This document shows positions 1 through 6,000 of a stretch of 10,087 nucleotides of DNA, piece after piece (position 1 is the stretch's first letter; every line of letters begins with the position of its first letter). The DNA lies in contig JBEBGD010000154.1 of NCBI GenBank assembly GCA_040081625.1, positions 1 to 10,087 of the forward strand. Reading direction: 5' to 3'. The position numbers and the translations under genes were made by a program. This stretch comes from Chthoniobacteraceae bacterium (lineage in GTDB: Bacteria; Verrucomicrobiota; Verrucomicrobiia; Chthoniobacterales; Chthoniobacteraceae). Under the pieces are notes generated by a model. That model ran no database searches. It saw nothing but the letters and a program-made list of their open reading frames with translations, and had not been told where the DNA came from.

Positions 1-754
1 CCGTGCGCTCGGGGTCAACGACGCCGCCCATCATGATGCCAGGCTTCCAAAACTCGTATTTCTTTTTTGGACCAGCAAGGGCCTTGCGCTTGGCCTCGGT
101 GAATTTGTAACGCTCGACCGTCTCGGGATCGGCGCCGGCTTGCGGCTGCGGCGCCGGTGTCGCCTTCGGTGCGGTGACGGGCGGCTTCTGTGATTTTGGA
201 GTCGCCCTCGGCGTCGGCGTGGCCTTGGGAGCCGGTGTCGCTTTCGGTGCAGGCGTGGGCTTCGGCGCGGGCGTGACTTTCGGTTTGTCCGGCTCCGGCT
301 CTGCCTTCGGCGGTTTCGGCTTTGGGTTTTCGGCCGGCTCGGGCTTCTCGGTTTTTGGCTTCTCCGTCTTCGGTTTGTCGGTCGCCGGCTTCTCGGTCGT
401 CTTTGGCTTTGGAGTGACTTTCTGCCGCTTCACGATCGGCGTGGGGCGCTGGCGCGACCGTGGGCGGATGCCGAACAGGCGCTGCCAGAAGGTCACCTTC
501 GGGGTCGCTGCCGGGATCGGCGTCGCGACCGGCATCGGCGTGCTTTTCGCCGCACGCCTCGGTGCGGGACGTGGCGCGGGTGTTGCGTCGCTCTCGGGTT
601 TCTTGGCGTCTGTCGGCGCGTTCACCTTCGGCTCGGCGGGGCTTGGCGGTGGCGTGGCGGGCGTGCGCGGCGGCAGCGGGATTCCCTGCTGCGCGAGCAG
701 CGTGGCTGCGGCGAGGATGGAGCAGAGCGGCAGAAATGGACGGAGCATTTGCAT
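1..754 (-). CDS. Exported Pro/Thr/Lys-rich low-complexity protein (partial; 3' end runs off the window)
   Basis: Manual translation from ATG 754 (alternative ATG 748): MQMLRPFLPLCSILAAATLLAQQGIPLPPRTPATPPPSPAEPKVNAPTDAKKPESDATPAPRPAPRRAAKSTPMPVATPIPAATPKVTFWQRLFGIRPRSRQRPTPIVKRQKVTPKPKTTEKPATDKPKTEKPKTEKPEPAENPKPKPPKAEPEPDKPKVTPAPKPTPAPKATPAPKATPTPRATPKSQKPPVTAPKATPAPQPQAGADPETVERYKFTEAKRKALAGPKKKYEFWKPGIMMGGVVDPERT. 251 codons, no stop. Sec-like signal peptide (basic N-region, hydrophobic core, LLA|Q). The ORF track shows only its other frames. Confidence 0.8.
   Translation of the reverse strand, partial: MQMLRPFLPLCSILAAATLLAQQGIPLPPRTPATPPPSPAEPKVNAPTDAKKPESDATPAPRPAPRRAAKSTPMPVATPIPAATPKVTFWQRLFGIRPRSRQRPTPIVKRQKVTPKPKTTEKPATDKPKTEKPKTEKPEPAENPKPKPPKAEPEPDKPKVTPAPKPTPAPKATPAPKATPTPRATPKSQKPPVTAPKATPAPQPQAGADPETVERYKFTEAKRKALAGPKKKYEFWKPGIMMGGVVDPERT
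137..280 (-). repeat. Coding imperfect tandem repeats of a (A/P)TPAPK-type unit in the Pro-rich protein
   Basis: Peptide VTPAPK-PTPAPK-ATPAPK-ATPTPR-ATPK...TAPK-ATPAP; about 18-nt period with synonymous divergence. Coordinates approximate. Confidence 0.7.
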
Positions 755-830
755 ATCGGGAATGGATGCGCGCGGTTGGCGCGGGCGGTCTTTTCGCAAG
801 GGTTGGCCGCGCGCGCAAGGGCCGATGCGG

Positions 831-863
831 GCTTGCTCCGCGGCATCGCGCGTGAAAACAGTC
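831..863 (+). promoter_or_regulatory. Putative sigma70-like promoter for the alr cluster
   Basis: TTGCTC (833-838), 18 nt, AACAGT (857-862); ATG at 875; no Shine-Dalgarno seen. The same GCTTG...ACAGTC pattern occurs upstream of the giant gene. Confidence 0.35.
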
Positions 864-874
864 CGCCGCCTCGC

Positions 875-2014
875 ATGATCCTTCATCCGCCACACCCGTC
901 GCATCGCACCTGGGCCGAGATCGACGGCGCGGCGCTCGCGGCGAATGCGCGCACGATTCGCGAGCACACCGGCGCGGGCTTGATCGCCGTGGTGAAGGCG
1001 AACGCCTACGGCCACGGGTTCGCGCAGACGGTGCCGGCGCTCGCGCCGGAGGCGGCGATGTTTGCGGTGGCCAATGTCGGCGAGGCGCTCGAAGTCCACG
1101 CGCTCGCGCCGGAGACGCAGGTGCTGCTGCTCGGTCCCGCTGCGCCGGGGGAGCGCGCGGAGGTGGTCGCGCATGGGTTCATCCCGATGGTCTCCAGCGT
1201 CGATGAAGCCGCCGCCTACTCGCAGCTCTCGCGGACCGCGCGAACGCCGATTCATCTCAAGCTCGACACCGGCATGGGGCGCGTCGGCTTGTGGCACGAA
1301 GAGGCCGTCGGCGCCGTGCGCGAGATCCGCGCGCTGCACGGCGTGGAGATCACCGGCATCGCTTCGCACCTCGCGATCGCGGATGAAGACGCGGACTTCA
1401 CCCGCGAGCAGCTCGCGGATTTTCATCGCGTCGCGAAAACGCTGCGCGAGGAGGAGGGCCTCGCCCATGGAAAGCTTCACGTGTGCAACAGCGCCGGCGC
1501 GATCGTCTTTCCCGGCTCGGCTGGCGACCTCGTGCGGGCGGGCCTCGCGCTTTTCGGCAGCTCGCCGATCGCGGAGTTTCAGCCGCGGCTGCGCGTGCCG
1601 CTGACATTGAAGACTCAGGTCGTGCTCGTGCGCGATGTGCCCGCGGGGCGCAGCGTGAGCTACGGGCGCACGTTCACCACGGAGCGGTCTTCGCGGCTCG
1701 CCACGCTCGCGGTCGGTTACGCCGACGGCTACCGGCGCCATCTCTCGGGCCGCGGCGCGGAGGTGCTCATCCGGGGCCGGCGCTGCGCGGTGCTCGGACG
1801 GGTGACGATGGATCAAATCATCGCCGACGTGACTGCGCTCGACGCGTGCGAGTGCGGCGACGTGGCGACGCTCATGGGCGCGGAGATCCCTGCCGCCGAG
1901 CTCGCGCAAAAAGCCGGCACAATCCCGTGGGACATCTTCACCGGGCTCGGGACGCGGGTGGCGCGACTCGCCCTCGACACCCGGCACCCGACACCCGAAA
2001 CTCCCGCCTCGTGA
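875..2014 (+). CDS. alr: Alanine racemase (PLP-dependent), 379 aa
   Basis: Alr motifs: TWAEID, AVVKANAYGHG (PLP lysine), HLKLDTGMGRVG, SHLA, NSAG, VRAGLALFG, GRSVSYG (second catalytic Tyr), GYADG, GRVTMDQ, GTIPWDI. ATG 875 preferred over the track's 749 because the family N-terminus begins about 11 residues later and 749 overlaps the divergent gene. Confidence 0.97.
   Translation: MILHPPHPSHRTWAEIDGAALAANARTIREHTGAGLIAVVKANAYGHGFAQTVPALAPEAAMFAVANVGEALEVHALAPETQVLLLGPAAPGERAEVVAHGFIPMVSSVDEAAAYSQLSRTARTPIHLKLDTGMGRVGLWHEEAVGAVREIRALHGVEITGIASHLAIADEDADFTREQLADFHRVAKTLREEEGLAHGKLHVCNSAGAIVFPGSAGDLVRAGLALFGSSPIAEFQPRLRVPLTLKTQVVLVRDVPAGRSVSYGRTFTTERSSRLATLAVGYADGYRRHLSGRGAEVLIRGRRCAVLGRVTMDQIIADVTALDACECGDVATLMGAEIPAAELAQKAGTIPWDIFTGLGTRVARLALDTRHPTPETPAS
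1977..1997 (+). repeat. Three tandem heptamers RCACCCG in the alr 3' tail
   Basis: ACACCCG GCACCCG ACACCCG, followed by degenerate AAACTCCCG. Confidence 0.55.
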
Positions 2015-2376
2015 TCCAGATCGTCTTCAATGAAATCAGTGCAGCGGAAATGGCCGCGCTGCCCAAGGACCTCCAGCTCGACCTGCTGGCGGAGTTCGAC
2101 GTGCTGCCCGACGATCTCGACAAACTCGACCCGGAGAAATTCGGAGTCATCGAGCGCGACGGCCAGCCGCTGTGCCGCTACCGCGCGGGCGATTACCGCA
2201 TCTACTTCGCGAAGGCGCCGGAGGGCATCGTCGTCCATCGCGTGCTGCACAAGAACACGATCCGCGATTTTCTTTTCCGCTCGAAGCTGCCGATGCCCGC
2301 GGAGGACGAGGCGCTCGCGGGGCAGAAGGCGTTTTGGGAACTCATCGAGGAGGGCCGCTCGGCGCGCCGGCGATGA
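2011..2376 (+). CDS. RelE/ParE-superfamily (toxin-fold) protein, 121 aa, no adjacent recognisable antitoxin
   Basis: GTG start overlaps the alr stop (GTGA 2011-2014). MIQIVFNEISAAEMAALPKDLQLDLL...LCRYRAGDYRIYFAKAPEGIVVHRVLHK fits the RelE layout: N-terminal strand plus helix, RxRxGDYRI(I/Y) core, terminal VxxVxH(R/K) strand. It is the real C-terminal part of track ORF 1483..2376. Confidence 0.8.
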   Translation: MIQIVFNEISAAEMAALPKDLQLDLLAEFDVLPDDLDKLDPEKFGVIERDGQPLCRYRAGDYRIYFAKAPEGIVVHRVLHKNTIRDFLFRSKLPMPAEDEALAGQKAFWELIEEGRSARRR

Positions 2377-2627
2377 GGGCCAACCTGATCCTCTGCATCG
2401 CGATGGGCGTCTTCGTCGCGCACCTCGCCGTTTTCATGATCTACGTGCGGCTGACTTTTCATCCGGTCGCCGAGCCGCCGACGCCGAAGCCGACTTTCAA
2501 AGTAGCCGAGGAGATCGTGCCGGTCCGGAGCGGGGGAAGGATTGTCAACCGCGAGTTCACGATCACCACGAAGCTCGCGCCGCCCGGGACATATAAAGGC
2601 CGCGGCGGAAAACCCGTGAACGAATGA
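2373..2627 (+). CDS. Small single-pass membrane protein, hypothetical, 84 aa
   Basis: ATG overlaps the upstream stop (ATGA 2373-2376). MRANLILCIAMGVFVAHLAVFMIYVRL (hydrophobic helix), Pro-rich linker PVAEPPTPKP, then a short beta-rich segment. It is the C-terminal part of track ORF 2172..2627. Confidence 0.75.
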   Translation: MRANLILCIAMGVFVAHLAVFMIYVRLTFHPVAEPPTPKPTFKVAEEIVPVRSGGRIVNREFTITTKLAPPGTYKGRGGKPVNE

Positions 2628-2631
2628 AGCC

Positions 2632-2997
2632 ATGAACCAGACCAACACCGACCCATCACTCACCGCGCTCACCTTCGACCTCACGCGCGAACTCATGCCG
2701 ACCGATGCCGGCGCGAACCCGTTCAAGCTCGTGGTCGATCCGGTGATGCGGATCAAGCTGCGCCGCGCACTCTTCGAGATGATCGAGAACCACGACCAGG
2801 AACTCGCCCGCTACGTGAGCGAGGGCTCGCTCGCACTCGACAGCTACAAGGAATACATCGAGCTCTTCGCGCGCAGCTTGCGCGAGACGATGAGCACGAA
2901 GGAGGGAGTGACCTACCTGCTCGAATACTGCGGCTTCGAGGTGAACAAGGACGACATCAACGTCAATCCCGAGACGCGCTGGAAGGTCGAGCGCTGA
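2632..2997 (+). CDS. Hypothetical acidic cytoplasmic protein, 121 aa
   Basis: Starts 4 nt after the previous stop; strong GC3 codon bias and normal globular composition (MNQTNTDPSL...PETRWKVER). No family recognised. Confidence 0.85.
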   Translation: MNQTNTDPSLTALTFDLTRELMPTDAGANPFKLVVDPVMRIKLRRALFEMIENHDQELARYVSEGSLALDSYKEYIELFARSLRETMSTKEGVTYLLEYCGFEVNKDDINVNPETRWKVER

Positions 2998-3020
2998 GCA
3001 TCGTCTCCGCGGGAAGGGTA

Positions 3021-3051
3021 GCTTGACCTGCTCATCGGCTCGACCACAGTC
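3021..3051 (+). promoter_or_regulatory. Putative sigma70-like promoter of the giant surface-protein gene, probably leaderless
   Basis: TTGACC (3023-3028), 16 nt, CACAGT (3045-3050); GTG start 8 nt downstream; no SD at normal spacing. Confidence 0.45.
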
Positions 3052-3058
3052 GTAGCCC

Positions 3059-6000
3059 GTGAAGGCACCTCTCTCCTCCCGCACGGGTCCGCCACGCATT
3101 CTTTCGCACGGTATCGTCGAACTCCTCGAAACGCGCATCGCGCTGGCCGCTGGCAGCCTCGACCTGACGTTCGGCGGCGGCGATGGGGTCGCGGTGATCG
3201 ACCAGTTTGCGAAGCAGCTCATCGAGAGCGGCGATGCGGTGGCGGTGCAGGCGGATGGGAAGATTCTCATCGCGGGGTCGGCGACGGATGGCTTCGGGCG
3301 GTTCTTTCCCGACATCGCGCTCGTGCGGCTGAATGCGGACGGTTCGCGCGATCTCAGCTTCGGCACGGAGGGGCAGGTGTTGTTCGACTTCGGCGGAGAT
3401 TACTACAGCCGCGAGGAGGCGTTCGCCGTCGCGGTGCAGGCGGATGGAAAGATCGTCGTCGGCGGGCGCTCGACGCTCACGAATACGGCGGTCGAGCCGA
3501 TCGACTACGACTTCGCGCTCGCGCGGTTCACGTCGGCGGGCGTCGTCGATGCGGGCTTCGGCACCGGCGGTTTCGTGCGGACGGATTTCGGCAGCCGCAG
3601 CGAAGCGGTGCGCGGACTGGCGATCACGACGGGCGGGCTGATCTACGCGGTGGGCGACTCGGGCGGCGATGCTGCGGTGGCGCGCTACACGTCGGCGGGC
3701 GTGCTCGACACGGGCTTCGATGCCGATGGCAAAGTGCTGCGCGATCTCGGTGGCGCGGACTCGCTGCGCGGCGCCGTGGTGCAGGCGGATGGCAAGCTCG
3801 TGGCCGTGGGAACGACCGCGCTGGATTTCGCGGCGGTGCGTTTCACCACGACCGGCGCGCTCGACGCGGGCTTCGGAAACGCGGGCGTCGCTCTCGTGGA
3901 TTTTGGCAACACGGGCGAGGAGGCGCGCGCGGTCGCGCTGGATGCGACGGAGCGCATCGTGCTCGGCGGCGGCGTGCGCGTGGGCTTGGTGAATGACTTC
4001 GCCTTCGCCCGGCTCACGACGGCCGGCGTGCTCGACGCGACGTTCGGCATCGGCGGGAAGACTTCGTTCAACGTGTCGCTCGATCCTGCGAGCACCGGGC
4101 AGGCGCGAGTCGAGGGGCTGGCGATCCAGGCCGATGGCGCGATCGTCGCCGCGGGCACCGCGCCCGGATTCGCGAACCGCCCGCAGTGGCACGCGGTGCG
4201 CGTGGACGACACCGGCACGCTCGACGCCAGCTTCGGCAACGGCGGCGTCACGCGGCTCGCGCTCGACATCGCGACCCACGGCAAAACCGCGGGCGTCGCG
4301 CTGAGCGCCGGGCAGCTCGTGATCGCCGGCACGCGGCAGTCGGACGACTCGCTCCAGCCCTACTCGCTCGGCGTGATGAAGCTCACAACCGCAGGCGTGC
4401 TCGACCCGGCGTTCGATGGCGACGGCGTCGCGCTTTTCGATGTGCGCACCTCGGCGCAAAATGGCGGCGAAGTCTCCATCATGCTCGCCGATGGGCGCAT
4501 CATGCTCGCGGAAAACATCCGCGTCTCGCCGGGTAATGCGCTCGCCGGTTCGATCATCGCCGTCACCCGGCTGCTGGCCGATGGCTCGCGCGACGCGACC
4601 TTCGGTGTGAACGGCACGGTGAACGTCGATCTCGGCCTCGCGGCGGCACGGCCGCAGGCGATCCTCGTGGAGCCGGATGGGAAGATCGTCCTCGCAGGCA
4701 CGCGCTTTTATCTCCCCGCGCCCGAAGCCGCGCTCGCGTCCGAGGCGGCGCTCGCGCGGCTCGATGCGAACGGCGTGCTCGATCCGTCGTTCGGCACCGG
4801 CGGCGTTGTGAGCGATCAATTTTACGGCCCGGTTTTCCGGCAGGGCTCGGAGTGGCGCGATGTGGTCCGCCAGCCGGATGGGAAGCTCGTGGTGCTCGGC
4901 TATGGCTCCGCGTCATTCGAGCCGAACCTGGCGACCGTCCTCGTGGCCCGCTACAACACCGACGGCACTCTCGACACGAGTTTCGCGGGCGACGGGCGCG
5001 CGGAGCTGACGGGCGTTACCGCCTCCAACTTCACGATGGACACGCTGCGCCTGCTGCCCGACGGCCGGCTCCTGCTCGCTGGCGAAGACAACCGCGGTCA
5101 ACTGCAACTCGCGCGGCTCACATCGAGCGGCGTGCTCGACACGACATTCGACGGCGACGGCATCGTGGCCCCACGCATCTCGGGTCAACTCGGCGGCGTG
5201 ATCGTAAACGGCGACGGCACCATCACCGTGGGCGCGTCCGCGGCGGGCACGGTGAGCAGCGGGGGCGTATCGTCTTCGAGCGGGCTTTTCCCGGTCGTTT
5301 TGCAATTTACCGCCGACGGCGCGCTCGATCCGTCCTTCGACGGCGACGGCGCGCTGCTGCTCGATTCGGAGCCGGGGCGCAGCCTTGTTGGGAGTTTTCT
5401 GCGCGACAGCATGGGGCGCTATTTGATGGGGATCGGCTTCACGGATTTGAGCGACCAGCAGGTGGGGAAACTCGTGCGCTTCAACGCCGACGGGTCGCGC
5501 GACCAGCACTTCGGCGCGGAGGCCGGCGTGGACTTCGCAGCGGCTGGCGTCAACGGGGGCCGAACCTTTCTCCGCGCGGACGGCACTGTGGTCATCGTCG
5601 GACCGAGTAGCGTCGAGAATGGCGCGGCGCTCGCGCGTTTTGTCGGCGATGTCGCGCCGCCCGCGGCGGGGCTGCTCAGCTTTTCGATTCGCAAAAGCTC
5701 CGTCGCCGAAACCGTGGGCAACGCGATCATCGACGTGGCGCGCATCGGCGGCAGCGCGGGCACGGTGATGGTGAACTACGCGATCACCGGCGGCACCGCG
5801 CAGGCGGGCAGCGATTACACAAACGTGAGCGGGATGCTCACCTTCGGCCCCGGCGTCACCTCGCAGCAGATCAGCGTGCAGATTGCCTCCGACTCGATCG
5901 GCGAGATCGCCGAGACCATCGAGCTGACGCTCACGAACCCGACCGGCGGCGCGGCTTTGCAAAACCCGGCGAAGCACGACGTGACGATCCGCGCACACAA

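Noticed and set aside
774..821. Short direct repeats in the divergent intergenic region (cgcaaggg at 795 and 814; ggttggc at 774 and 801) as an operator
   Set aside because: Too short and GC-rich to distinguish from chance, and no regulator gene nearby.
749..874. 42-aa N-terminal extension of Alr in the ORF track
   Set aside because: Covers the divergent intergenic region, overlaps the opposite gene's start and has no Alr similarity; ATG 875 fits better.
15..893. Track ORFs 15..893 (-), 174..878 (+), 460..855 (+), 622..876 (-)
   Set aside because: Alternative frames of the Pro-rich gene. The GFG-rich 174..878 product is just the antisense reading of Pro/Lys codons.
1483..2010. Long N-terminal part of the 297-aa ORF suggesting a larger RelE fusion or overlapping gene
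   Set aside because: Arg-rich off-frame reading of alr; protein-like sequence begins only at GTG 2011.
2998..3058. Intrinsic terminator or small RNA between the alr cluster and the giant gene
   Set aside because: No convincing hairpin with a U-tract; the 61 nt are largely taken up by the putative promoter.
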